Shown here: piece by piece, positions 8,565-19,029 of the stretch
Position numbering within the stretch: the first letter of the stretch is position 1
How the letters are laid out: each line of letters begins with the position of its first letter
Assembly: GCA_965203485.1 (NCBI GenBank)
Contig: OZ241892.1
Location: 3,456,001-3,520,000, forward strand
Source: Longimicrobiales bacterium
GTDB lineage: Bacteria > Gemmatimonadota > Gemmatimonadetes > Longimicrobiales > Gaopeijiaceae
DNA length: 64,000 bases
Direction: 5' to 3'
Translations under genes and position numbers: made by a program
The notes under the pieces: model-generated
What the model saw: only the letters and a program-made list of their open reading frames with translations
The model's database searches: none
Told to the model about the DNA's origin: nothing

Positions 8565-11525
8565 ATGAACGGAATTCGATTCGACGGCCCGAACGCCGCC
8601 TACGTGCAGGAACTGCTGGAGGAGTTCGCCCGCAATCCCCAGGGTGTGCCGCCCGAGTGGCAAGCCCTGTTCCGCAACGGTCGGGACGACGTGCGCGACG
8701 CTGGGCTCTTGCCTCCGGAGGCGTGGAACGGTCGGCGCGGCCGGGACGCCGCCCCGGCGCCTTCCCGTCGCGCCCCGGACGAGACCGCGAGAGCGTCCTC
8801 GCCGCCGCCCGTCCGCGCTTCGAGCGTCGTTGCGTCGCGCCCGCCGAGCGCCCCGTCGCCCGCGCCGGAGCCCCCGCTCGAGCCCTCGGCTCCGTCCCTC
8901 GCCGCCGAATCGGCCCCCGGCACGCCCCCCGCGCTGGACGGCCTTCTGCCGCTCGTCGCCCGCGCCGCCAACCTCCTGCAGGCGTTCCGCGAGCACGGCC
9001 ACCAAGCCGCCCGCATCGACCCGCTCGGCAGCGAGCCGCCGGGCCACCCGCAGCTCGACCCCGCCTACTTCGGCACGACGATGGACGAGCTGGCGGCCAT
9101 CCCGGCGTCCGTGCTCTTCCCCGGGGCCGGCGACGACTCTCTCGCCGCCACGCTCGGCCGCCTGAAGTCCACGTACAGCGGCGCGCTGGGCTACGAGTTC
9201 GAGCACCTGGAGGACCCGAAGAAGGTCGAGTGGCTGTGGGACCAGGTGGAACGCGGCACGCACTTCGCCGGCCTCGCGGACGAGGACCGGTTGCGCGCCC
9301 TGGAGCGCCTGACGCAGGTCGAAGGGCTGGAACAGTTCCTCCATCGCGCCTACCTGGGCCAGAAGCGCTTCTCCATCGAAGGCACCGACATGCTCGTGCC
9401 CATGCTCGACGAAGCGATCGAGCAGTCGGCCGAGAACGGCGCCGCGGAAGTGGTCATCGGCATGGCGCACAGGGGCCGCTTGAACGTCCTGGCGCACGTG
9501 CTCGGCGTCCCCTACGGCGAACTCCTGGGCGAGTTCGAGGGCCAGACCAGCCCCGGGAGCGCGCTCTGGGTGCCCGACCCGGGAACCGGCGACGTCAAGT
9601 ACCACCACGGAGCCGCGCACGACTACGAGTTGCGAACCGGCCGGTCCGTGCGCGTGCGGCTCGCGCCCAACCCGAGCCACTTGGAGTACGTCAACCCGGT
9701 GATCCTGGGCATGACGCGCATCAGCCAGCATCCCGACGGCGAGAGCGACGCGTCCCGCGACCCCGATCGCGTCGTGCCCGTCCTGATTCACGGCGACGCG
9801 GCCTTCGCGGCCGAGGGGGTCGTGGCCGAGACGCTCAACCTGGCCCGCCTGCGGGGCTACGAAGTGGGCGGCGCTATCCATGTCATCGCCAACAACCAGA
9901 TCGGGTTCACGACCAATCCGGCGGAGGGCCGCTCGACCCGCTATTCGAGCGACTTGGCGAAGGGCTACGACATCCCGGTCGTCCACGCCAACGGCGACAA
10001 GCCGGAGGAGTGCCTGGCCGCCGTGCGCTTGGCGATGGCGTACCGGGCGCGATTCCACGACGACATCGTGATCGACTTGGTCGGCTACCGGCGCCACGGA
10101 CACAACGAGGGAGACGAGCCCGCCTACACGCAGCCCGAGCTCTACGCGCGGATCGCCGAACACGCGACGACGCGATCGCTTTGGGCCGACGAACTGGTCG
10201 AGCGCGGCCTGATCACGCGCGAGAAGGCGGACGAGCAGGCCGAGGAAATGCAGGCGCGTCTTCGGGACATCCAGGACGCGCGCAAGGAGTCGTCCGCGGA
10301 CAGGACGCCGATGCCGTGGACGCATCCGGACTTCGGCGTGGTCGAGCAGGACAGCGAGCCCTACACCCAGGTGTCGCTCGAACGGATCGAGCGCCTCAAC
10401 GCGACGCTGCTCGAACGCCCGGACGGCTTCACCGTGCATCCCAAGCTGAAGCGCCAGCTGGACAAGCGCGGCGGCGGATTCGGTCCCGACTTTCAGCTCG
10501 ACTGGGGTCACGCCGAGGCGCTGGCGGTCGCCTCGCTGCTGGACGACGGAATTCCGGTCCGCCTGTCGGGACAGGACTCCGAGCGCGGCACCTTCAGCCA
10601 TCGCCACTTCGTGCTCAACGACGCGCGCACCGGCGCCCGGTTCACGCCGCTCGCGAACGTGAGCGACACGCGCTTCGAGGTCCACAACTCGCCGCTCACC
10701 GAGGCGGCGGTGATCGGGTTCGAGTACGGGGCGGCGGTGGCGGCGGACCGCGACTTGGTGGTCTGGGAGGCGCAGTTCGGGGACTTCGTGAACGTCGCCC
10801 AGGTCATGATCGACCAGTTCCTGTCGGCGGGCTGGTCCAAGTGGGGACAGCGCTCCCGGCTCACGCTGCTGCTTCCGCACGGCTACGAGGGCCAGGGACC
10901 GGAGCACTCGAGCGCCAGGCTGGAGCGCTTCCTTCAGCTGTGCGCCGAAGACAACATGCGCGTCGTGTATCCCACCACGCCGGCCCAGCTCTTCCATCTG
11001 CTGCGCTTTCAGGCTTTGGTCGAGCCCGAGCGGCCGTTGATCGTCATGTCGCCCAAGAGCCTCCTGCGCCACCCCTCCGCCAAGTCGTCCGTGCGCGAAC
11101 TGGCGGAGGCGGGCTTTCGCAGGGTCATCGACGACTCCGCCGTAGGGGTGAAGAACGCAGACCGGATTCGGCGGCTGCTCCTCTGTTCCGGCAAGGTGTA
11201 CTACGACTTGGTGGGATCGGAGCTCCGGGGGCGGGCCGCGACCACCGCGATTGCGCGCGTCGAGTCGCTGTATCCCTTCCCGGACGACGAGATCCGGGCC
11301 CTCGACGACCGCTACCCGAACGTCGACGAAGTGATTTGGGTGCAGGAGGAGCCCGCGAACATGGGGGCGCTGTCGTATGCGAAGCCGCAGCTCGACGAGG
11401 CGTTCGGCACCGCCGTCCGGATCGGGTCCGTCTCTCGTCCGGGCCGCGCCAGCCCCGCGGCCGGCAACTTGGGGTCGCACGCCAAGGAACAAAGCCGCAT
11501 CTTGCGGAACGCGCTGGGCGGCTGA
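8565..11525 (+). CDS. sucA: 2-oxoglutarate dehydrogenase E1 component
   Basis: MNGIRFDGPNAAYV start; KRFSIEG, GMAHRGRLN, GDVKYH, HGDAAF (ThDP motif), GHNEGDEP, WEAQFGDF, GPEHSSAR. Confidence 0.95.
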   Translation: MNGIRFDGPNAAYVQELLEEFARNPQGVPPEWQALFRNGRDDVRDAGLLPPEAWNGRRGRDAAPAPSRRAPDETARASSPPPVRASSVVASRPPSAPSPAPEPPLEPSAPSLAAESAPGTPPALDGLLPLVARAANLLQAFREHGHQAARIDPLGSEPPGHPQLDPAYFGTTMDELAAIPASVLFPGAGDDSLAATLGRLKSTYSGALGYEFEHLEDPKKVEWLWDQVERGTHFAGLADEDRLRALERLTQVEGLEQFLHRAYLGQKRFSIEGTDMLVPMLDEAIEQSAENGAAEVVIGMAHRGRLNVLAHVLGVPYGELLGEFEGQTSPGSALWVPDPGTGDVKYHHGAAHDYELRTGRSVRVRLAPNPSHLEYVNPVILGMTRISQHPDGESDASRDPDRVVPVLIHGDAAFAAEGVVAETLNLARLRGYEVGGAIHVIANNQIGFTTNPAEGRSTRYSSDLAKGYDIPVVHANGDKPEECLAAVRLAMAYRARFHDDIVIDLVGYRRHGHNEGDEPAYTQPELYARIAEHATTRSLWADELVERGLITREKADEQAEEMQARLRDIQDARKESSADRTPMPWTHPDFGVVEQDSEPYTQVSLERIERLNATLLERPDGFTVHPKLKRQLDKRGGGFGPDFQLDWGHAEALAVASLLDDGIPVRLSGQDSERGTFSHRHFVLNDARTGARFTPLANVSDTRFEVHNSPLTEAAVIGFEYGAAVAADRDLVVWEAQFGDFVNVAQVMIDQFLSAGWSKWGQRSRLTLLLPHGYEGQGPEHSSARLERFLQLCAEDNMRVVYPTTPAQLFHLLRFQALVEPERPLIVMSPKSLLRHPSAKSSVRELAEAGFRRVIDDSAVGVKNADRIRRLLLCSGKVYYDLVGSELRGRAATTAIARVESLYPFPDDEIRALDDRYPNVDEVIWVQEEPANMGALSYAKPQLDEAFGTAVRIGSVSRPGRASPAAGNLGSHAKEQSRILRNALGG

Positions 11526-11619
11526 CGAAAAGAGCCGCGCGGGACGTTCGCGGGGTTGTTGCGCGGCGTGCGGCCCTCGGTGGGATGCGGTCGCTTGCCC
11601 ATTTCCAAGGAGAAGAAAG

Positions 11620-12726
11620 ATGCGCTCGTCGCTCGACTCGCGGCTCCCAGCGGCTGGGGCGGGATTCCGGTGGCCTTGGCGAAGAGGATGGATGCGCTCG
11701 CCGCTCAAGACGTGGCGGCCGCGGCCGGCTTCGTCGGTTGCGGTAGCGGCCTTGGCGGCTTGCTCGCCGGTGGTGCAGCCGGAGGCGATGCCGGTGGCGT
11801 GCACTCTGGCGAACGCTCCTCTCGACGTGGGCTTCTACGCGTTCTTCGCTCCGGTGAGCTACAGCGCGAGTCCCGATCCGTCGTTGGAGGGCTTCGACGT
11901 CCATGTCGGCTACGAGGCCGACTTGCTGACCGCGATGGAAGCGATGAACCCGGGCGAGACTTCGTTCGCGCGGCGAGCGATTCCGACGTGGCCCGGCATC
12001 TGGCTCCGGTCCTCGGACCTGTTCGACATCGTGGGCGGAGGCATCACGATCCTGCGTTCCCGCACGCTGGGCCCCGACGGATTGCGTGTGGTCAAGTTCA
12101 CGGCTCCGCACATCGCCTTCCGGCAGTCGTTGCTGGCGCGCTCGTCGGACCAGTCCCGCTTCGACGGCTACGAGGACTTGACCAGCGACGTGCGCGTGGG
12201 CGTGCTCGCCGGGACGACGGGCGAGGCGCGGCTGCTCCGCATCACCGGAATCGCAGGCGAAGGTGGAACGCTGGCCGCCGGAACGCGCGTGGAGACCCCG
12301 CGCGGCACGGTCGTCGCCGACGGGACGGGGGCGTACTTCATCACCGCGGCGGGGGCGTCGGAGAACCTCCGGGGCCGCCGTCGGCTGGAACCGCCCGCCC
12401 GCGACATGCCGCGGGTCGTCTACCTGGGCGATGCGGAGGGCGAGGCCGAGCTGCTTGCCGCCCTGCGCTCGGGCGAGATCGACTTGGTGGCCCGGGGCGA
12501 GATCGGCAACACCGAAGCCGCGCGCGAGTCCGGCGGCGCCTTCGCGGTCGTGGCGCTCGACGACGAGGCCGAGCACGGGGGCTTCACGATCGATTCGGGC
12601 AAGCCCCGCCTGCTCGCGTGCTTCGACCACAAGATCGACTGGCTGACGGACGGCGGCGAGATCGGATACGCGGAGTGGCGCGAGGACGCCTCCGTGTTCA
12701 TGAAGCGCGCCGAACTGGCCCGCTGA
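11620..12726 (+). CDS. Amino-acid-type (family 3) substrate-binding lipoprotein
   Basis: AAGGAG RBS before ATG 11620 (alternative start 11692); lipobox LAAC; GYEADLL, FDIVGGGIT, VKFTAP, VGVLAGTT. Confidence 0.7.
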   Translation: MRSSLDSRLPAAGAGFRWPWRRGWMRSPLKTWRPRPASSVAVAALAACSPVVQPEAMPVACTLANAPLDVGFYAFFAPVSYSASPDPSLEGFDVHVGYEADLLTAMEAMNPGETSFARRAIPTWPGIWLRSSDLFDIVGGGITILRSRTLGPDGLRVVKFTAPHIAFRQSLLARSSDQSRFDGYEDLTSDVRVGVLAGTTGEARLLRITGIAGEGGTLAAGTRVETPRGTVVADGTGAYFITAAGASENLRGRRRLEPPARDMPRVVYLGDAEGEAELLAALRSGEIDLVARGEIGNTEAARESGGAFAVVALDDEAEHGGFTIDSGKPRLLACFDHKIDWLTDGGEIGYAEWREDASVFMKRAELAR

Positions 12727-12773
12727 GGCCCGGCCACGATGCGCCGCCTGGATACGGGACCCGGGCCGCGACG

Positions 12774-13988
12774 ATGAGGCTGGCCCGGCCCACCGCCGAT
12801 CGGGCCGCCCCCGCGCTTGGGTCCGTTGCCTCGGTTGCGGCGAAACGGACCGGCCGGTTGCGGGCAGGGGCCGCCGCCGCCCTCGCGTTCGCGGGTCCCG
12901 CCTTCGTTGCGGCGATCTTGGTCGTTTCGGCGCCCCAGGGGTCCGCGAGCGCGCGGGAGGCGGACGGCGCCGTCGAGTCGCGCGGCTTGGCCGGCTTGGC
13001 CGTCGTGGGCCCCGACACGGCGGACGCCGGGCTCCGGCTGGTGGTCCTTGGCACGGGAACGCCCAACGCCGACCCGGAGCGTTCCGGCCCCGCGCTGGCC
13101 GTGATCGCCGGCGAACGGGCGTATTTGGTGGATGCCGGGCCGGGAATCGTCCGCAGGGCGGCGGCGGCCCGGGCGCGCCACGGGATCGAGGCCCTCGACG
13201 CGGCGCGGCTCGACCGGCTCTTCGTCACCCACCTGCACTCGGACCACACCGTCGGGCTCCCCGACGTGATCCTGTCGCCCTGGGTGCTCGACCGGCCCCG
13301 CCCCATTCGAATCCACGGTCCGCCCGGCACGGCCGCCATGGTCGCGGCGATTCACGACGCATGGCGCGAGGACATCCACATGCGCCTCTTCGGCTTGGAG
13401 CCCCGCGAGGCCAATCCGGACGCCTACCAGGCCGACGTCCACGAGTCGACGGGCGGTCCGGTCTACGAGGACGAGAACGTGAGCGTCACGGCGATTCCGG
13501 TGCGGCACGGCTCCTGGCCGCACGCGCTCGGCTACAAGTTCGAAGCGGCCGGGCGCTCGGTCGTCGTGTCCGGCGACGCGCGCCCGAGCCCGGTCTTGGC
13601 GGACGCCTGCGATGGGTGCGACATCTTGGTCCACGAGGTCTACTCGGCGCGCCGGTTCGAGACCCGTCCGCCCGAGTGGCAGCGCTACCACGCCCGCGCC
13701 CACACGTCCACCGCCGAGCTCGCCGAGCTGGCTGGGCAGGCCCGGCCCCGCTTGCTGGTGCTGTACCACCAGCTCTACTGGGGCGCCTCCGACGAAGATC
13801 TGCTGGCGGAGCTCCGCGAGGCCGGCTACGCGGGCGCGGCCGAGTCGGCGGCCGACCTGGACGTCTACTCGGCCGAACGGGCGGCGCGGGCGCGCCCGGA
13901 GCGCCGCGAAGCGCGGGAGCCCGGAGCAGATTCCGCCGCCGCCGAGCCTCCGGCCTTGCGACTGCGCCCGGGGCCGGTAGATTCATGA
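12774..13988 (+). CDS. MBL-fold metallo-hydrolase (RNase Z/arylsulfatase-like), probably secreted
   Basis: LGTGTP, LVDAG, THLHSDH, SGDA, LVHE. The start is uncertain. Confidence 0.85.
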   Translation: MRLARPTADRAAPALGSVASVAAKRTGRLRAGAAAALAFAGPAFVAAILVVSAPQGSASAREADGAVESRGLAGLAVVGPDTADAGLRLVVLGTGTPNADPERSGPALAVIAGERAYLVDAGPGIVRRAAAARARHGIEALDAARLDRLFVTHLHSDHTVGLPDVILSPWVLDRPRPIRIHGPPGTAAMVAAIHDAWREDIHMRLFGLEPREANPDAYQADVHESTGGPVYEDENVSVTAIPVRHGSWPHALGYKFEAAGRSVVVSGDARPSPVLADACDGCDILVHEVYSARRFETRPPEWQRYHARAHTSTAELAELAGQARPRLLVLYHQLYWGASDEDLLAELREAGYAGAAESAADLDVYSAERAARARPERREAREPGADSAAAEPPALRLRPGPVDS

Positions 13989-14049
13989 CCCTGCTTCGTC
14001 CCCCGGGGACCGCTTCCGGCGGCCGGGCACGTTCCCCCTCGCAAGCAAG

Positions 14050-15075
14050 ATGACGCGCTTCTCCCCTGCACGGGCCTTCTCGGCCTTTGCCTTCTCGGCC
14101 GCGCTCGCGGTGGCCGTCTCCGCTTGCGGATCCGACTCCGACGTCGCTCGCGGGAAGCTCGTCTTCGACGCGTGCTCGCCTTGTCACGGCGACGACGGAG
14201 CAGGCGACCAGCTCCTCGGAGCGCCCGCCATCGCCGGCGCCGATCCGTGGTACTTGAAGATGCAGCTGGAGCGCTTCCAGGGGGACGGACGGGTCTACCA
14301 GCGCGGCTACCACCACATGGACGAGGGCGGCCTGAGGATGCGCCCCATGGCCCGCGTGCTGCGCACCGAAGCGGACCTCGACGCCGTGGTTGCGTACGTC
14401 GCCGCCTTGCCGATGGCGGATCCGCCGCCGACGGGCCACGGCGACGCCGAGGCCGGCCGGGAAGAGTACGCCCGCCTGTGCGCGAACTGCCACGGCGACG
14501 ACGGGCGGGGCGCGCAGGACCTGAGCGCGCCCTCGCTGCTGCACCTGAGCGACTGGTACGTCGCCTCGTCGCTGCGGAAGTACCGCGACCAAGTGCGCGG
14601 CGCCTCCCCCGGCGACGCGGCGGGCGCCACGATGCGGGCTCCCGTCGCCGCCTTCTCCGATGCGCAGATCGACGACGTGACGGCCTATGTCGTCAGCATG
14701 CCGAGGCTGCCCCGCAAGATCGCCGTCGCGGGCGCCGCCCCGCCGCCGTTGCCGCCGCTGGACGTGGACCCCGCCGTCCTCCCCGAAGGCGTCACCGCCG
14801 AGATGGTGGCGGAGGGCCAGGACATCTTCCACGGCGCTGGCATCTGCCTCACCTGCCACCTGCGCGGCGGCGTCGGCGGCCCCTTGGCGCCCAACCTCGC
14901 GGACGACGTCTGGCTCAACATCGACGGCGAGTACGAGTCGATCGTGGGCATCGTCGAGACCGGCGTTCCCCAGCCCGTCGAGCACCCCGGCATGATGTTG
15001 CCGCGGGCCGGCGCCGCGCTGACCGACGAGCAAGTGCGCTCCGTCGCCGCGTACGTGTTCGCCCTGAGCCGGTGA
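14050..15075 (+). CDS. Tri-heme c-type cytochrome lipoprotein (c4-like diheme plus an extra c domain)
   Basis: Lipobox AVSAC; heme motifs CSPCH, CANCH and CLTCH. Confidence 0.9.
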   Translation: MTRFSPARAFSAFAFSAALAVAVSACGSDSDVARGKLVFDACSPCHGDDGAGDQLLGAPAIAGADPWYLKMQLERFQGDGRVYQRGYHHMDEGGLRMRPMARVLRTEADLDAVVAYVAALPMADPPPTGHGDAEAGREEYARLCANCHGDDGRGAQDLSAPSLLHLSDWYVASSLRKYRDQVRGASPGDAAGATMRAPVAAFSDAQIDDVTAYVVSMPRLPRKIAVAGAAPPPLPPLDVDPAVLPEGVTAEMVAEGQDIFHGAGICLTCHLRGGVGGPLAPNLADDVWLNIDGEYESIVGIVETGVPQPVEHPGMMLPRAGAALTDEQVRSVAAYVFALSR

Positions 15076-15080
15076 CCGCC

Positions 15081-15257
15081 ATGGACGCCAACCTGTCCCA
15101 CCGCCCCACGCACGCCGAACTGGCCGCGCAGATTCCCGCCCCGCCGCCGGACGAGGAGAACGAGTCCATCCAGTTCGCCAAGAAGACGTTTCAGTGGACG
15201 GCGTTGCTCGTCGTCCTCTTCGTCGGCGCGGCGGTGGTGTACACGATGCTGATATGA
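15081..15257 (+). CDS. Small single-TM membrane protein of the oxidase operon
   Basis: 58 aa MDANLS...WTALLVVLFVGAAVVYTMLI, filling the gap between the cytochrome gene and coxB. Confidence 0.6.
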   Translation: MDANLSHRPTHAELAAQIPAPPPDEENESIQFAKKTFQWTALLVVLFVGAAVVYTMLI

Positions 15258-15324
15258 CCAAGAAATCGGCCTGCGCCCGCGCGGCGGCCGTTCGGGGGCC
15301 GGCAGCCCCCTCGACGAGCCCTTC

Positions 15325-16017
15325 ATGATCGACACGAACTTCTTCGCGGGCCTCATCGACGCCGCATCGTCCTACGCGGGCGAGATCGACTTCCTGATTC
15401 TTGTCGTGCTGGTGTCCGTCGGCATATGGTTTATCGCCGCCGAGGCCATCTTCTTCGGGTTCATTCTCAAGTTCAGGGCCAAGCCCGGGCGGAAGGCCGA
15501 GTACATCGACGGCAAGAACAAGCGGCACAAGCGATGGGTGACGTATCCTCACTTGGCGGTTCTAGCGTTCGACGTCGGCATCATCGTGATCTCGTTTCAG
15601 GTGTGGCACCACGTCAAGCTGGACCTTCCCGACCACCCGGATTCCGAGATACGGATCATCGGCCAGCAGTGGGCCTGGACCTTCCAGCACCCCGGCGCCG
15701 ACAACGTGCTGGACACGGACGACGACATCTTCAAGGTGGACGAGCTCCACGTCCAGAACGACAAGACGTACCTGTTCCAGCTCGAGGCCAAGGACGTGCT
15801 CCACAGCTTCTCCGTGCCGGTCTGGCGGATCAAGCAGGACGCGGTTCCCGGCCGCCGAATCACCGGCTGGTTTCAGCCGACGGAGACGGGCGTCTTCGAT
15901 GTTCAATGCACCGAGATATGCGGCTTCGGCCATGGCGTGATGAAGGGGGAGGTGTACGTGGAAGACGCCGACGAACACGCTGCGTGGATTTCGGCCAACG
16001 CGCCGGCTGCCCCGTAG
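15325..16017 (+). CDS. coxB: Cytochrome c oxidase subunit II (CuA)
   Basis: Two TM helices, GQQWAW, DVLHSF, CTEICGFGHGVM. Confidence 0.93.
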   Translation: MIDTNFFAGLIDAASSYAGEIDFLILVVLVSVGIWFIAAEAIFFGFILKFRAKPGRKAEYIDGKNKRHKRWVTYPHLAVLAFDVGIIVISFQVWHHVKLDLPDHPDSEIRIIGQQWAWTFQHPGADNVLDTDDDIFKVDELHVQNDKTYLFQLEAKDVLHSFSVPVWRIKQDAVPGRRITGWFQPTETGVFDVQCTEICGFGHGVMKGEVYVEDADEHAAWISANAPAAP

Positions 16018-16046
16018 CTTAAGCGACTTAATGGAGGTGCCGACCC

Positions 16047-17771
16047 ATGGCTGAACCCGCTGTCGCGCCGGTCTCGCCGGCCCCCGCCCACGAGGAGGAC
16101 CACGCGCATCACGGTCCCACGGGGTGGCTGAAGTACGTCTGGTCCACGGACCACAAGGTCATCGCCATGCAGTACATGTTCACGGGCATGTTCATGGCGC
16201 TGGTGGGCGGGTTCATGGCGTACGTGTTCCGGATGCAGCTTGCGTTTCCCGGCGCGGAAGTCTTTCCCTTTGGGCTGGTGTCGCCGGGGGAGTACAACGC
16301 GCTGGTGACCAACCACGGAACGATCATGATCTTCTGGGTGGCCATGCCGGTGCTGCTGGCCGCCTTCGGGAACTACCTGATTCCGCTCATGATCGGAGCG
16401 GACGACATGGTCTTTCCGAAGATCAACCGGCTGTCGTTCCAGGTGTTCTTCGTCAGCACGATCGTCATCCTGGCGTCGCTGTTCGTGGAGGGAGGAGGGT
16501 TTGCGGGCGCGTGGACGGCCTATCCACCGTTGTCCGCCAGCGCCGAGTACAACCTCACGGACCTGGGCAGCACGCTGTGGCTGATCGGGGTGGGACTGGA
16601 GTTCGTGGCGTTCCTGCTGGGGGGCATCAACTTCATCACGACGCTCATGAACTCGCGGGCGCCCGGCATGCGCGCCTTCGACGTGCCCGTCGTGGTGTGG
16701 ATGATCGTGATCGCCAGCATTCTGTTCATGCTGTCGGTGGGGCCGCTCCTGGCCGGCGCCGTCATGCTGCTCTTCGACCAGACGCTCGGCACGGGCTTCT
16801 TCGATCCGGCGGCGGGCGGCGACCCGATTCTTTGGCAGCACCTGTTCTGGTTCTTCGGGCATCCGGAAGTGTACGTGGTGCTGTTGCCCGCCATGGGCGT
16901 CGTGGCTGAGATCATGACCACGTTCGCTCGCAAGAAGCTGTTCGCCTACCGCACGGTGATCTTCACCGTCGTCGCGACCGGCGTGCTGAGCTTCTTCGTG
17001 TGGGCGCACCACCAGTTCATCGCTGGAATCGATCCGCGCATGGCGAACGTCTTCACGATCACGACGTTGCTCATCTCCGTGCCGATCGCCGAGCTCTGCT
17101 TCGTCTACATCGCCACGCTGTACGGCGGATCGATCACGCTCAACACGCCCATGCTCTGGGCGCTCGCCTTCATCGCGGAGTTCCTGATCGGCGGGGTGAC
17201 GGGCATCTTCCTGGGCGCGGCGGGAGCGGACATCTACTTCCACGACACCTACTTCGTGCTGGCCCACTTCCACTACACGTTCTTCCCAATAGCCATCATA
17301 GGCACCTTCGCCGCGTTCACGTACTGGTTCCCGAAGATGTTCGGCAAGATGATGGACGACCGGTTGGGCAAGATCCACTTCTGGGGCACCATCATACCCT
17401 TCAACTTCATCTTCATCCCGCTGTTCGTGCTGGGCATGGGCGGACAGCACCGGCGCATCTACAACTACGACCACTTCCCGGAACTGGCCGGCGACAACTT
17501 CCAGTTGATGAGGGTGATCGCCACCATTTCACTGCTGGTGATGCTTGCATTCCAGCTCGTGTTCTTCTACAACTGCTGGAAGTCGTGGCGGGCCGGGAAG
17601 CGAGCGTCGAAGAACCCGTGGAAGGCCAACTCCCTGGAATGGACCACGGAATCTCCGCCGCCTCACGGCAACTGGCGTCCCGACGATATGCCGGTCGTCT
17701 ACCGCGGGCCCTACGAGTACAGCGTTCCGGGCCGGGACGACGACTACTGGCCGCAGAACTCGCCCGCCTGA
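16047..17771 (+). CDS. coxA: Heme-copper oxidase subunit I, A1-type motif
   Basis: STDHK, NHGTIM, WFFGHPEVY, WAHH, HDTYFVLAHFHY, HRR; GGAGG RBS. Confidence 0.95.
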   Translation: MAEPAVAPVSPAPAHEEDHAHHGPTGWLKYVWSTDHKVIAMQYMFTGMFMALVGGFMAYVFRMQLAFPGAEVFPFGLVSPGEYNALVTNHGTIMIFWVAMPVLLAAFGNYLIPLMIGADDMVFPKINRLSFQVFFVSTIVILASLFVEGGGFAGAWTAYPPLSASAEYNLTDLGSTLWLIGVGLEFVAFLLGGINFITTLMNSRAPGMRAFDVPVVVWMIVIASILFMLSVGPLLAGAVMLLFDQTLGTGFFDPAAGGDPILWQHLFWFFGHPEVYVVLLPAMGVVAEIMTTFARKKLFAYRTVIFTVVATGVLSFFVWAHHQFIAGIDPRMANVFTITTLLISVPIAELCFVYIATLYGGSITLNTPMLWALAFIAEFLIGGVTGIFLGAAGADIYFHDTYFVLAHFHYTFFPIAIIGTFAAFTYWFPKMFGKMMDDRLGKIHFWGTIIPFNFIFIPLFVLGMGGQHRRIYNYDHFPELAGDNFQLMRVIATISLLVMLAFQLVFFYNCWKSWRAGKRASKNPWKANSLEWTTESPPPHGNWRPDDMPVVYRGPYEYSVPGRDDDYWPQNSPA

Positions 17772-17787
17772 GCCCGAGACGAGACCG

Positions 17788-18357
17788 ATGAGACCCATCG
17801 CAACCACCCGCGCGGCCACCGGCATCGCGACCGGGAAGCTGGCCGTCTGGTGGGTTCTGGCGTCCGAGGTAGTGATCTTCGGCGGCCTGCTGGCGTCCTA
17901 CGTCATGTACCGCTTGGGCCACCCCGAATGGGCCGACGCGGCCGCCGTCACCAACATGCAGATCGGCGCCTTCAACACCTTCGTGCTGCTCACGTCGAGC
18001 CTCACGGCGGTCTTGGCCCACCAAGCGGCCGAAAGGGGCGACGGCAAGACGGCGGCCAAGTTCCTGTACTTCACTATCCTGGGGGCGGCCACGTTCATCG
18101 GCGTGAAGACGTACGAGTGGTGGTACGAGATTTCCCACGGATACACCATCACCAGCAACACGTTTTGGGCCTTCTACTACTCCGCGGCCGGACTGCACGC
18201 CTTTCACGTGATCGCCGGGGCGGTGATCATGGCGTTCGTGGCGCGAGACGCGAAGCGCGGTCTCGAGTTGCACCGCGTCGAGCTCATCGGCATCTACTGG
18301 CACTTCGTCGACATCGTCTGGATATTCCTCTTCCCCCTGCTCTACATCGCGAAGTAG
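17788..18357 (+). CDS. coxC: Cytochrome c oxidase subunit III (short form)
   Basis: LASEVVIFGGL, NTFVLLTSS, GLHAFHV, YWHFVDIVW. Confidence 0.9.
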   Translation: MRPIATTRAATGIATGKLAVWWVLASEVVIFGGLLASYVMYRLGHPEWADAAAVTNMQIGAFNTFVLLTSSLTAVLAHQAAERGDGKTAAKFLYFTILGAATFIGVKTYEWWYEISHGYTITSNTFWAFYYSAAGLHAFHVIAGAVIMAFVARDAKRGLELHRVELIGIYWHFVDIVWIFLFPLLYIAK

Positions 18358-18360
18358 ACC

Positions 18361-19008
18361 ATGTCCGCTCACTCCGATCCCAGCGCCGGCTGGCTGTCCA
18401 ACCACTACGTCAAGGTCTACTTGGCGTTGCTGGTCTTGCTCGTCGTGAGCATCCTGGGCCCGGAAGTCGCGCCGCGGCTGGGCCAGGGCGAGATCCCCGG
18501 CGTGGGCATCCGCCTTTCAACGTTCGCCATGCTGGTCACCGCATTCGGGATCGCCGTGGTGAAGGCATGGCTGGTCGTGAAGAACTTCATGCACCTGTCG
18601 ATCGAGCGACCCATCGCCAAGTGGTTCCTCGCTGCTTCCGTGCTGCTGCTCGCGCTGTTCTGGGGCGGCATCGCGCCGGACGTGCAGAGCCATGCGGGCG
18701 CCAACTGGGAAAACGTGGCCGCTCGGGCGGCGGTCGAGCGGGGCATCGCGTCGCCCGACGATCACGCGGACGATCACGCCGCCGAAGCCGGTCGCTCGGA
18801 AGAAGCGGCCCCGCCCAGCCTGGTGCCGACCTCCAAGTCCACCGGGCACCTGCTTCCCGGCGGCTATAACTTCACGCACTTGGCGTTCTGGACCGTCGTG
18901 GCGCTCGTGGCCGTCGGCACCAACGCCGTGGCGATCATGCTGACCGTAGGTGCGGGCCTGCTGGTCCTGGAGACCGTGAAGGGCCTGCGCCGCAAGCGCG
19001 AGGCGTAG
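18361..19008 (+). CDS. Cytochrome c oxidase subunit IV-family protein with C-terminal extension
   Basis: YVKVYLALL...IAVVKAWLVVKNFMHL motif; operon position. Confidence 0.75.
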   Translation: MSAHSDPSAGWLSNHYVKVYLALLVLLVVSILGPEVAPRLGQGEIPGVGIRLSTFAMLVTAFGIAVVKAWLVVKNFMHLSIERPIAKWFLAASVLLLALFWGGIAPDVQSHAGANWENVAARAAVERGIASPDDHADDHAAEAGRSEEAAPPSLVPTSKSTGHLLPGGYNFTHLAFWTVVALVAVGTNAVAIMLTVGAGLLVLETVKGLRRKREA

Positions 19009-19029
19009 GCCTCGAGGCCCCCGGCGCCC

